Shown: positions 46,908 to 55,885 of the stretch, one piece after another | Layout of the letters: the number at the start of each line of letters is the position of its first letter | How positions within the stretch are numbered: the stretch's first letter is position 1 | DNA from: Vicinamibacterales bacterium | GTDB taxonomy: Bacteria > Acidobacteriota > Vicinamibacteria > Vicinamibacterales > CAVVIG01 | NCBI GenBank assembly: GCA_035652075.1 | Contig: DASREL010000107.1 | Coordinates: 12,385-76,384, forward strand | Length of the DNA stretch: 64,000 bases | Reading direction: 5' to 3' | The notes under the pieces: model-generated | Databases searched by the model: none | What the model saw: the letters and a program-made list of their open reading frames with translations, nothing else | Told to the model about the DNA's origin: nothing | Position numbers and translations under genes: made by a program

Positions 46908-48728
46908 CTAGTTGTTGGCGGGATGTTCCGCGTGATCGATCACGAGCATGACGACCGGACCCTTCTGAGCGTCAAGCTTGAGTCCCAACTGTTCTTGCAC
47001 GGCGGTGAAGATCGACGGCCCGTTCGGATCGATCGCCCCTGCGGGCGCAAAGCCGGCCTTGAGCGCGAGACCGGGCGTCGACTGGTCGGGCGTCCACTTC
47101 AACGTCGCGTCGAATTCGCCGTCGAGGCCCGTGCGATCGATGACACTGCGGTCCAGCAGTCCCGACAGGTTCGTCGCGAGCTGCGCGATGCTGACGCTTG
47201 CCATGTTCATCGTGCCCAGCCCGAGCCGGATGCCGCAATTCTTCGCGTCGTCGCAGCGCGTCGTCGAACGATGCAGGTCGGTCCCGAGACGGCCGTCCGG
47301 GCGCGACAGCACCAGCGCGTAGAGCGGCTGCTCGCGCGACTCGCTGCGCGTGCCGAGGGCGAACCGTTCGAGGAGCAACGCGCGGACCATCAGCGTCACG
47401 TCGCTGCTCTCATCGCCTTTCGCGACGATGTCGAACCGATCGCTGGTGATCCAGTCAGGTCCGCCGCTGACCTGGAACGATTGCAGTTTGTAGGCAAACT
47501 GCACCAGGTTCTTCAGCGTCACGTTGATCGCGGTAAATCGCCCGCCTGGTGACGTCTGTATCCGTACTGGTCCCTTGCCGCTGGTGTTCGGTTTGATGGA
47601 GGCGACCTCGAACTGCGGCAGCGGTCCGCTCTGCTGCGGCGTCACCTGCAATAACTGCGGACGCGACACGCGCAGCGCCACCGTCCGGACGTCCTCGCGC
47701 TGCACGTAACGGACTGGCGCCGTGATCGCGCCAAGCGAGATCGGTGCGGCGACGGCTCCGATGGCGGCCAATGCTAGGACAGCCTTGCGCGCGCGGGAGA
47801 GACGGCGCGGAGCGCGACTCGTCATGATGCGCTCGATTCGCCGGGCGAGATTCGATCCGGTGACGCCGGCGACGCATGCGAGCGGCGATTCGACATAGAT
47901 CCGGCACGCTTTCAGAATCGTCGCCGCGTACAGTTCGGGCTCGCTGCCGGACTGGAGTACCGCTTCGTCGCACGCGCGCTCGCGTTCTTCGATTTGGCGT
48001 GCGCCGAGCCACCAGACGAGCGGGTGGAACCAGAACAGCGCCTCGACAGCCATCTGAACCGCCGCCGCGAGATTGTCGCGCCGCCGCACGTGCGCGACCT
48101 CGTGCGCGAGAATCGTCGCGATGTGATCGTCGGCGAAATGATCGACGATCGATTTCGGCAGAATCAGAATCGGCCGCCGGATTCCGAACACGCCCGGCTC
48201 GATCGTCGTGTCCGAGTACCGCAGGTCGATCGTCGTTGTGTGTCCGTCGGCTCGTTCGATGGCGCGAAGCGCGGCGACGGCAGGACCGTCGTCGATCGGC
48301 GCGCTCGCGCGTGCAATCGCGCCGACGCGGCGCCACCGCACAATCGACGACGTTGCGAGCGTGAGCGTTCCGGCGAACCAGATCGCCAGTGCGGCCCACG
48401 TCGTCGTGCTCATGGCGTCGGCTGACGCGTCCTGCAGCGACGGATCGTCGAGGCCGAGCCCGGCGCGTGGCAGGCCGAGCCGCGTGTCGTTGAGCACGAG
48501 CGTGATCTCGCGACGCACGGGCGCGGTCGCGGCGGTGCGCACCCCGAGGGCGCCGCCGAGCGCGACCAGTGCCGCAAAGGGGATCAGGAACTTGACCGAT
48601 GCGGCCAGCCACATGGCATGCCGGACTGCGGCGCGGTCGCGGCGAAACGCCAACGTGCCGAGCGCGATGACGAGAGCGCAGACGGTCGATTGCAGCAGGT
48701 GGTCCGAGAGGAGTCTCAGCGGCGTCAT
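46908..48728 (-). CDS. BlaR1-like M56 membrane metalloprotease fused to a TIGR03435-like C-terminal domain
   Basis: The start MTPLRLLSDHLLQ lies 2 nt after the blaI stop. TM helices and HEVAHVRRRDN (HExxH). The C-terminal half repeats the PQFEVASIKPNTSG...GGPDWITSDRFDI...KGPVVMLVIDHAEHP series. Confidence 0.8.
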   Translation of the reverse strand: MTPLRLLSDHLLQSTVCALVIALGTLAFRRDRAAVRHAMWLAASVKFLIPFAALVALGGALGVRTAATAPVRREITLVLNDTRLGLPRAGLGLDDPSLQDASADAMSTTTWAALAIWFAGTLTLATSSIVRWRRVGAIARASAPIDDGPAVAALRAIERADGHTTTIDLRYSDTTIEPGVFGIRRPILILPKSIVDHFADDHIATILAHEVAHVRRRDNLAAAVQMAVEALFWFHPLVWWLGARQIEERERACDEAVLQSGSEPELYAATILKACRIYVESPLACVAGVTGSNLARRIERIMTSRAPRRLSRARKAVLALAAIGAVAAPISLGAITAPVRYVQREDVRTVALRVSRPQLLQVTPQQSGPLPQFEVASIKPNTSGKGPVRIQTSPGGRFTAINVTLKNLVQFAYKLQSFQVSGGPDWITSDRFDIVAKGDESSDVTLMVRALLLERFALGTRSESREQPLYALVLSRPDGRLGTDLHRSTTRCDDAKNCGIRLGLGTMNMASVSIAQLATNLSGLLDRSVIDRTGLDGEFDATLKWTPDQSTPGLALKAGFAPAGAIDPNGPSIFTAVQEQLGLKLDAQKGPVVMLVIDHAEHPANN

Positions 48729-48730
48729 CG

Positions 48731-49108
48731 CTATTTGTCCTTTCGTGCGAGCTTGCGCAGCGTTCGTTCCGCCTCGTGGACATCGTCGAGCGTCAGCTTG
48801 CCGGTTTCGATGAGATGCGCGACGACCGGTTGCGTGCGCCCACCGAAGAAGCTGAGAAGCTCGTCGATCACGCGTCGCTGGGCGTTCGCACGCGTAATCT
48901 GCGGCTCGAAGATGAACGCGTTGCCGACCTTTTTGACGCGCCGGACGGCCTTCTTGGCTTCGAGCCGCGACACGATCGTCTGCACGGTCGTATAGGCAGG
49001 TCTGCCGGCGGCCGGCAGCGCCTCTTGAATCTCGCGGACCGACGCCGGACCGAGGGTCCACAACGCGTCCATGATCTGCAATTCGAGCTTCGACAGTTTC
49101 GGTGCCAC
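48731..49108 (-). CDS. blaI: BlaI/MecI/CopY-family transcriptional repressor
   Basis: LSKLELQIMDALWTLGPASVREIQEAL...YTTVQTIVSRLEAKKAV. GTG start. Confidence 0.9.
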   Translation of the reverse strand: MAPKLSKLELQIMDALWTLGPASVREIQEALPAAGRPAYTTVQTIVSRLEAKKAVRRVKKVGNAFIFEPQITRANAQRRVIDELLSFFGGRTQPVVAHLIETGKLTLDDVHEAERTLRKLARKDK

Positions 49109-49137
49109 GCGTGCTCCTATAGACGTAGCAATAACTA

Positions 49138-49149
49138 CTACAGTTGTAG
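49138..49149. promoter_or_regulatory. TACA/TGTA dyad (candidate BlaI operator) in the blaI / ABC divergent spacer
   Basis: CTACA-gt-TGTAG at 49138-49149. BlaI/MecI operators are known to be built on TACA...TGTA dyads. Confidence 0.45.
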
Positions 49150-49154
49150 GTGGA

Positions 49155-49913
49155 ATGGCAAGGGCGTCATGTACACTGCCGCCCGTGGCGCTGTCCGTCG
49201 ATCACCTCCGCAAGGCGTACGACACGCTCGTCGCCGTTGACGATCTGTCGTTCGCCGTCGGTGCTGGCGAAATCGTGGGCCTGATCGGACCGAACGGCGC
49301 AGGAAAGACGACGACGCTCCGGTCGCTGGCCGGCATTCTGCGCCCGACCTCGGGCACGATCGCGATCGATGGACACGATCTCCTTGCGGCGCCAATCGAA
49401 GCCAAGCGCCGGCTCGCGTTCATGCCGGACGAGCCGCATCTCTTCGAATATCTGACCGTCGAGGAGCATCTTCGACTCGTCGCGCGGTTGTACACCGTCG
49501 ACGACTTCGATCGCCGCTCGCGCGCGCTGATCGACGAACTCGAACTGACCGGGAAAGAGAAGTCGCTGCCGGGCGAGCTGTCCCGCGGCATGCGTCAGAA
49601 GGTCGTCATCGCGTGCGGCCTCGTGCGGAACGCGACGACCTTGCTGTTCGACGAGCCGCTGACCGGACTCGATCCGATCGGCATCCGGCGCATGCGCGAG
49701 ACGATCGTTTCGCGCGCGCGCGCCGGCGCGTCGATCCTGCTGTCGTCCCATCTGCTGCACCTCGTCGAAGAGATCTGCTCGCGCGTGATCATCATGGCCG
49801 GCGGGAAGAAAATCGCGGACGGCACCTTCGCCGAGCTCGCGACGCGCGCCGATCTTGCGACGGCCGGATCGAACCTCGAGCAGATCTTTCTGCGCGTCAC
49901 CGGTCACGAGTAG
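49155..49913 (+). CDS. ABC transporter ATP-binding protein
   Basis: GPNGAGKTT (Walker A), LSRGMRQK (signature-like), LLFDEP (Walker B). The start is uncertain (ATG 49155 or a downstream GTG). Confidence 0.85.
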   Translation: MARASCTLPPVALSVDHLRKAYDTLVAVDDLSFAVGAGEIVGLIGPNGAGKTTTLRSLAGILRPTSGTIAIDGHDLLAAPIEAKRRLAFMPDEPHLFEYLTVEEHLRLVARLYTVDDFDRRSRALIDELELTGKEKSLPGELSRGMRQKVVIACGLVRNATTLLFDEPLTGLDPIGIRRMRETIVSRARAGASILLSSHLLHLVEEICSRVIIMAGGKKIADGTFAELATRADLATAGSNLEQIFLRVTGHE

Positions 49914-49917
49914 GTAA

Positions 49918-51681
49918 ATGCTCTTGGCCAGCCTTTACATCGTTCTGTGCAGCGCGAGAAACCGGCTGAACAGGCGGATGAAACGCCTGCGCGAACCGCG
50001 ATACCTGCTCGGCGCCGTCGTCGGCGTCGCGTACTTCTACTTCGCGATCTTCGCGCGCACCCGCGGGCGCAATGCAGCCCTCGACGCGGCGCGCGCGAGA
50101 AACGCGAACCGTCAGCGCCGAGGTCCCGATCCGGCGGCGGCGATCGCGATGGTCAGCGCATCCGGACCGGCGCTCGCTGGCCTCGCGTTTCTCGTGCTCG
50201 GCATCGTCGCATGGGTGTTGCCGTTCGACAGCGGCTTGCTCGACTTTTCGGAGGCCGAAACGGCCTTTCTCTTCCCGGCGCCGATCTCGCGCCGCGCGCT
50301 GCTGGTTCACCGCATGATGCGGTCGCAGCTTGGGATCTTGTTTGGATCGGTCATCGTCGCCTTCGCTGCGGGCTCCGTCACCGGATGGATGCGCCTCCGC
50401 ATTTCGATCGGGATGTGGCTGGTGTTCGTGACGATCAAGTTGTATTTCACCGTGGTCACGCTGGCGCGCACGCGGCTGACGGCGGAGCGCGTCACGACGC
50501 GGGTGCTTGCGTGGGCGCCGCTCGCGTTGCTGTTGGCGATGTTGACGACGGCCGGCACGGCACTCGTGCGCGCATTTGCCGCGTCGCCGGTCGAAAGCGT
50601 GCGCGATGCGTTCCAGCGCCTCGGCGCAGTGTCGCTGACTGGCGCATCGAGCGTCGCGTTGTGGCCTTTCGTCACGCTTGCACGTCCGCTCTTTGCGCCC
50701 GATTGGCCCGCCTACGTCCGCGCGCTCGGATGGGGCGTTGCACTCCTCGGGGCGTTAGTCGTCTGGGTGCTGGCGACAGACGATGCGTTCGAGGAGGCGG
50801 CGGCGCATGCGGCGGCGAGACGGGCCGCGAAGGCACAGTCGAAGCGGGCTTCGCTCGGACGGGCGCGGGCAACCGGCTTATCGCTCGCGCTGAACGGCCG
50901 TCCCGAGACGGCGTTCTTCTGGAAGAACGGCGTGCAGACGCTGCGCCTCGCGGGGCTGTCCGTCCTGCGGATCGCCATTGCGATGATCGTCATCGTCGTG
51001 ACCAGCACGTCTGCGACGTTCAACGCGCTGCATCTGCAGGGCGTCGCGGCCACGGCGTGCCTCGTGTCGATCGCGCTGGCAGGGTTCGCGGCGATTCTTG
51101 GCCCGCAGGTCGTGCGGACCGACTTGCGCAGCGATCTGACGCACCTCGATGTGCTGAAAACGTGGCCCGTTCGCGCTGCGGCCGTAATCCGCGGCGAGAT
51201 GGCGTGGCCGGCGGTGATGCTGACGATCGTGGGGTGGATCGCGATCGCGTCGGCGACCGCATTTTCTGCCGCGGCGTTTCCGCGGGTGGCGCTGGCGACG
51301 CGGCTGTCGGTGTCGGCGGCGGCGCTGCTCTTGATGCCCGCGCTCGTGTTCGCGCAGTATCTCGTGCAGAATGCCGCGGCGGTCATCTTTCCGGCATGGG
51401 TGCCGCTTGGCGACCAGCGTCCCCGCGGCGTCGATGCGATGGGGCAGCGGATCATCCTGCTCGCTGGCGTGCTCCTGTCGGTCGCGGTGATGCTCCTGCC
51501 CGGAGCCTTCGTCGGCGGCATCCTCTGGCTCGCTTTCCAACGCATCGTCGGTCCACCGATCTTCGTCGTCGGCGCGTTCGTCTGCCTGGCGTTTGTCGCG
51601 CTCGAAGTCCTTGCCGGAACAGAAATGCTCGGGCCGGTGTATGAACGCTTGGACGTGTTGGCGATCGAGCGCGCTGAGTGA
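49918..51681 (+). CDS. Large polytopic membrane protein, putative ABC-exporter permease partner
   Basis: At least 10 hydrophobic segments. It begins 5 nt after the ATPase stop. The family assignment is tentative. Confidence 0.6.
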   Translation: MLLASLYIVLCSARNRLNRRMKRLREPRYLLGAVVGVAYFYFAIFARTRGRNAALDAARARNANRQRRGPDPAAAIAMVSASGPALAGLAFLVLGIVAWVLPFDSGLLDFSEAETAFLFPAPISRRALLVHRMMRSQLGILFGSVIVAFAAGSVTGWMRLRISIGMWLVFVTIKLYFTVVTLARTRLTAERVTTRVLAWAPLALLLAMLTTAGTALVRAFAASPVESVRDAFQRLGAVSLTGASSVALWPFVTLARPLFAPDWPAYVRALGWGVALLGALVVWVLATDDAFEEAAAHAAARRAAKAQSKRASLGRARATGLSLALNGRPETAFFWKNGVQTLRLAGLSVLRIAIAMIVIVVTSTSATFNALHLQGVAATACLVSIALAGFAAILGPQVVRTDLRSDLTHLDVLKTWPVRAAAVIRGEMAWPAVMLTIVGWIAIASATAFSAAAFPRVALATRLSVSAAALLLMPALVFAQYLVQNAAAVIFPAWVPLGDQRPRGVDAMGQRIILLAGVLLSVAVMLLPGAFVGGILWLAFQRIVGPPIFVVGAFVCLAFVALEVLAGTEMLGPVYERLDVLAIERAE

Positions 51682-51779
51682 GGGAGCAGAGGATAGGTAG
51701 CCTCCGTTTTCTCTGCGGCTGGGCTCGCCAACGCGCCCGCTGAGCTCGTATCCTCGTAGCAATCCACAACGAAAGAGGT

Positions 51780-52400
51780 TTGCTGATGCGTGTTCGTATC
51801 GCTGTGTCCGTGGTGTGTCTTTTGGCGGCGACCGCAGTTCAGGCGCGAGCTGAACAGACGATCGTGTTCTTCCGCCACGGCGAAAAACCGTCGAGCGGCA
51901 ACGGACAGATCACGTGTCAGGGCATGAACCGAGCACTGGCACTGCCGACAGTGCTGTTCGCCCGATACGGAAAGCCGGCGTATCTCTACGCCCCAAATCC
52001 TGGCGTGAAAATCGCCGATCCCGGTGGCAGCTTCAACTACATCCGTCCGCTCGCGACGATCGAGCCGACGGCGGTGAAACTCGGCGGCATGCCGGTCAAC
52101 GCGAAATACAGCTACTCGGACGTCGCCGGCGTCGAAGCGTCACTTGTGACGGCGACGAAAGACAACACTGTTTCGTTTGTGTCGTGGGAACACGCCTACC
52201 TCGTAGAGATCGCGCAGGCGATCATGACGGCCTACGGCGGCGGCGCTACGGTGCCGGCGTGGGTGTCCGGCGATTACGACAGCTTGTACGTCGTGCGGCT
52301 GCACTGGGCTGCGGACGCGTCGGGCGTGATGCACCCCACGGCAACGTTCACACACGAATTCGAAGGGCTGAACGGCCAGCCGACCAGCTGCCCGTTTTAG
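51780..52400 (+). CDS. Secreted histidine-phosphatase-superfamily protein
   Basis: Signal peptide, then the IVFFRHGEK (RHG) motif. Confidence 0.55.
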   Translation: MLMRVRIAVSVVCLLAATAVQARAEQTIVFFRHGEKPSSGNGQITCQGMNRALALPTVLFARYGKPAYLYAPNPGVKIADPGGSFNYIRPLATIEPTAVKLGGMPVNAKYSYSDVAGVEASLVTATKDNTVSFVSWEHAYLVEIAQAIMTAYGGGATVPAWVSGDYDSLYVVRLHWAADASGVMHPTATFTHEFEGLNGQPTSCPF

Positions 52401-53138
52401 TTACTTGGTGACGACTTCGTAGGAGCCGGACGTCGGCTTGGTGTTCGTGTAGAGCGGAATCGCGCGGCCGTCGACGTACTTCGTGACCTTGTAGAGCGTT
52501 GCGCCGCTGCCGCGCAGTTCGATCGGGCGACCGCCCGCGAGGCGATTGACGCTCGCGACGTAGTCTTTCGTTTCCCGGTAGGGCGGCACCGTTTGACCGT
52601 GATTGTCGACGGCGCCCGGTCCGGCGTTGTAGGCGGCGAGCGCGAGTTCCTCGTTGTTGTCGTAGCGATCGAGCAGCGCGCGCAGGTAGGCGACGCCTGC
52701 GCGAACGTTTTCCGCCGGGTTGTAGGCGTTCCGCACGCCGTACTGTTTCGCCGTCGCCGGCATCAGCTGCATCAACCCCATTGCGCCCTTGGGCGATCGC
52801 GCAAGCGGGTTGAATCCCGACTCCACTTGCATCACCGCGCGCACCAGATCGACGCGCACGTTGTTTTCGCGTGCGTGCTCGACGATCAGATCATCGTACG
52901 TCCGCGACCGTTCTCCAGCCACATACCGCGTTGCGCGAATGCTCTGCGATTCGCGGACGGCGAACGTCTTCCGCGCCTCACCTGGCTTATGATCGGAAAG
53001 GACGAGGTGTCCGTTGGCGTCGCGCCAGGTGTAGATCTGCGCGCGCGCCGGCGCGGCCGCCAGCACTATCGTTGCGGTCAGGATGTAACGGAGCCCATTC
53101 GGGCTGCGGAAACTGCTGAGCATGCGCCGGTAAGTCAA
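52401..53138 (-). CDS. Lytic transglycosylase (SLT domain) with an N-terminal DUF4124-like segment
   Basis: IYTWRDANGHLVLSD, then VMQVESGFNPLARSPKGAMGLMQLMPAT and AYNAGPGAV. Confidence 0.85.
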   Translation of the reverse strand: MTYRRMLSSFRSPNGLRYILTATIVLAAAPARAQIYTWRDANGHLVLSDHKPGEARKTFAVRESQSIRATRYVAGERSRTYDDLIVEHARENNVRVDLVRAVMQVESGFNPLARSPKGAMGLMQLMPATAKQYGVRNAYNPAENVRAGVAYLRALLDRYDNNEELALAAYNAGPGAVDNHGQTVPPYRETKDYVASVNRLAGGRPIELRGSGATLYKVTKYVDGRAIPLYTNTKPTSGSYEVVTK

Positions 53139-53172
53139 CAGTTTAACTTATCGGCAGCGGCTGCACGATTCT

Positions 53173-53198
53173 GCAGCCCTGAAGGGCTGCGCTACGCA
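53173..53198 (+). repeat. 25-nt hairpin element copy
   Basis: gcagccctgaagggctgcgctacgca. It forms a perfect 7-bp stem (GCAGCCC/GGGCTGC) with loop TGAA. Confidence 0.8.
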
Positions 53199-53204
53199 CC
53201 CACG

Positions 53205-55853
53205 TTACGACAACATTCTCGCGACGACGCCCTCAGCGGCTTTCAGCATCTCGTCGATCTTTTCGGGCTGCTTGCCGCCTGCTTCGGCGAAATCGGGGCG
53301 TCCGCCGCCCCCGCCGCCGACGATCGGGGCGATTTCCTTCACGACCTGGCCGGCTTTCACTTTTGTGATCAGGTCGGGCGTGACGGCGACGACGATCTGG
53401 ACCTTGCCATCGTTGGCTGACGCGAGGATGACGACGCCGCTCTTGATCTTCGATTTCAGCGAGTCGGCGAGTCCTCGCAGCGCGTCCTTGTCGAGGTCCG
53501 CGACCTTGCGCCGCGCGAGCTTGATGCCGGCGACGTCGATGATGTCGTCGCCGCCGCTCTCGGAACCGCCGCCTCCCATCGCGAGTCTTGTCTTGAGCTG
53601 CGTCACCTCGCGCGCGAGTTTCTTCGCCTCGGCCTGCAACTTTTCGATCGCCTCGACCGCTTGATCCGCCGGCGTGTGCAACGTCTCGAGGACCGACGTC
53701 AACGCCGCGCGTTCGTGCTGCGCCCACTGGACCGCGCCCGCGCCAGTCAACGCCTCGATGCGCCGCACGCCCGCCGCGACGCCGCTTTCGGCGACGATGA
53801 CGAAGAAGCCGATGTCGCCCGTAGCGCTGACGTGGGTCCCGCCGCACAGTTCCATGCTGAACCCAGGGACCGAGACGACGCGGACGCTGTCGCCGTACTT
53901 TTCGCCGAAGAGCGCCATCGCGCCCGCCGCAATCGCTTCCTGCGTCGAGCGGACTTCGGTCGAGACGGTCGTGTTGCGATAGATCTGCTCGTTGACGATT
54001 CGCTCGATGCGGTCGATCTCCTCGCGCGTCACCGGCTGGAAGTGGACGAAGTCGAATCGCAGCCGGTCCGGCGCCACGAGCGAGCCTGCCTGCTTGACGT
54101 GCGTACCGAGCACGGCGCGCAGCGCCGCGTGGAGCAGATGCGTCGCCGTGTGGTTGCGGCGCGTCGCGTTCCGTACGTCAGCATCGACTGTTGCGCTGAC
54201 GATGTCGCCTGCGGTGAGCGTTCCGCGGGTCACCTTGATGTGGTGGAGCCGCGGCCAGTTCGGCACCTTCATCAGGCCGTCGACGACCGCAACGCTCGCG
54301 GCGCCGGACAACGTTCCGGAATCGGAGACCTGGCCGCCGGCTTCCGCATAGAACGGCGACCGATTGAGCGCCACAAACGCGGCGTCGCCGGCCCGCACGC
54401 TCTCGACCTGTTGACCGGCTTCGTCGAATATCGCGATCACGTGCGCGCCGTTCACTTCGGTCGTCGTGTATCCCTCGAAGCGGTCGCCAACGCCCTCGAG
54501 CTCGCGGTCCTTGCCGCCCACGGTGTTCCACGTCATCGCCGACGACTTCGCTTTGAACGTGCTGCCCGCCCGCGCCTTGTCGCGCTGCGAGCCCATCGCG
54601 CGCTCGTAGCCTTCCTTGTCGATCGCGATGCCCTGCGTCGCCGCCGTATCTTCGATGAAGTCGAGTGGGACGCCGAACGTGTCGTACAGGCGAAACGCGA
54701 CGTCGCCGCCGAGCGTCTTCGATTTCGTGCCGCTGACTTTCGTCAGCTCCGCCTCGAGACGCGGCAGTCCCTCGGTGAGGACCGCCTCGAAGCGGTTCTC
54801 TTCCGCGACGATCGTCTTCTCGACCATCTCGCGATTGCGACGCAGCTCGGGATACGCGTCGCCCATCTCGCGATCGAGGACCGCGACGAGCGTGTGCAGA
54901 AACGGTTCGTCGAGCCCGAGGTGCTTCCCATGCCGCATCGCGCGGCGCATGATTTTGCGCAGCACGTACCCGCGCCACTCGTTCGAGGGGATGACGCCGT
55001 CCGCAATCAGGAACGTCGTCGCGCGCGCGTGATCCGCGACGACGCGCATCGAGACATCGGACGGTTCCATCGTTCCTTTGTAGCGATGACCGGTGATGCG
55101 GCCGATTTCGGTGAGGAGCGGCGTGAAGATGTCGGTGTCGTAGTTCGATTCCTTGTGCTGCAGCACCGCGTTGATCCGCTCGAAGCCCATGCCCGTGTCG
55201 ATCGACGGCGCCGGCAGCGGCTTCAGCACGCCGTCCGCGGTGCGCTCGAATTCCATGAACACGTTGTTCCAGATCTCGATCTCGGGATCGTGGCCGCTGC
55301 CGCCGCGGACGTAGTAAATCTCCGAGCAGCGGCCGCACGGACCGGTGTCGCCCATCTGCCAGAAGTTGTCGTCGGTGCCGAGCTCCATGATCCGATCCGA
55401 CGGCACGCCGAGCTTCCGCCACACGTCGTACGCTTCCTCGTCGCGCGGAATCCCGTTCTCGCCTTTGAAGATCGACACGACGAGCCGGTTCGGATCCATC
55501 TTCCAGACGTCGGTCAACAGGCCCCACGCAAAGGGGAGCGCTTCTTTCTTGAAGTAGTCGCCGAACGAGAAGTTGCCGAGCATCTCGAAAAACGTGTGAT
55601 GGCGATGCGACGGTCCGACGTTGTCGAGATCGTTGTGCTTGCCGCTGACGCGCATCACTTTCTGCGAGGTCGTCGCGCGCGTGTAGTCGCGCTTTTCGCG
55701 GCCGAGAAAGACGTCCTTGAACTGATTCATGCCGGCGTTCGTGAACAGCAACGTGGGATCGTCGCCGGGGACGAGCGGCGAGCTGGGCACGATGCGGTGG
55801 CCCTGCTGCTCGAAGTACTTCAGGAAGGACGACCGTATTTCGTTCGAGGTCAT
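53205..55853 (-). CDS. alaS: Alanyl-tRNA synthetase
   Basis: MTSNEIRSSFLKYFEQQGH, FTNAGMNQFK, IWNNVFMEF, and the C-terminal editing and DHHA1-like region. Confidence 0.95.
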   Translation of the reverse strand: MTSNEIRSSFLKYFEQQGHRIVPSSPLVPGDDPTLLFTNAGMNQFKDVFLGREKRDYTRATTSQKVMRVSGKHNDLDNVGPSHRHHTFFEMLGNFSFGDYFKKEALPFAWGLLTDVWKMDPNRLVVSIFKGENGIPRDEEAYDVWRKLGVPSDRIMELGTDDNFWQMGDTGPCGRCSEIYYVRGGSGHDPEIEIWNNVFMEFERTADGVLKPLPAPSIDTGMGFERINAVLQHKESNYDTDIFTPLLTEIGRITGHRYKGTMEPSDVSMRVVADHARATTFLIADGVIPSNEWRGYVLRKIMRRAMRHGKHLGLDEPFLHTLVAVLDREMGDAYPELRRNREMVEKTIVAEENRFEAVLTEGLPRLEAELTKVSGTKSKTLGGDVAFRLYDTFGVPLDFIEDTAATQGIAIDKEGYERAMGSQRDKARAGSTFKAKSSAMTWNTVGGKDRELEGVGDRFEGYTTTEVNGAHVIAIFDEAGQQVESVRAGDAAFVALNRSPFYAEAGGQVSDSGTLSGAASVAVVDGLMKVPNWPRLHHIKVTRGTLTAGDIVSATVDADVRNATRRNHTATHLLHAALRAVLGTHVKQAGSLVAPDRLRFDFVHFQPVTREEIDRIERIVNEQIYRNTTVSTEVRSTQEAIAAGAMALFGEKYGDSVRVVSVPGFSMELCGGTHVSATGDIGFFVIVAESGVAAGVRRIEALTGAGAVQWAQHERAALTSVLETLHTPADQAVEAIEKLQAEAKKLAREVTQLKTRLAMGGGGSESGGDDIIDVAGIKLARRKVADLDKDALRGLADSLKSKIKSGVVILASANDGKVQIVVAVTPDLITKVKAGQVVKEIAPIVGGGGGGRPDFAEAGGKQPEKIDEMLKAAEGVVARMLS

Positions 55854-55860
55854 CCGATTA

Positions 55861-55885
55861 GTGTAGCGCAGGCCTTCAGGCCTGC
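55861..55885 (-). repeat. 25-nt hairpin element copy (minus orientation)
   Basis: The reverse complement reads gcaggcctgaaggcctgcgctacac. It ends 7 nt before the alaS ATG and covers the recX stop codon. Confidence 0.8.

Noticed and set aside
53173-53198. Calling the GCAGCCC-TGAA-GGGCTGC hairpins intrinsic terminators
   Set aside because: No U/T-tract follows the stem in either orientation at any of the copies. They are therefore reported as a repeat family, not as terminators.
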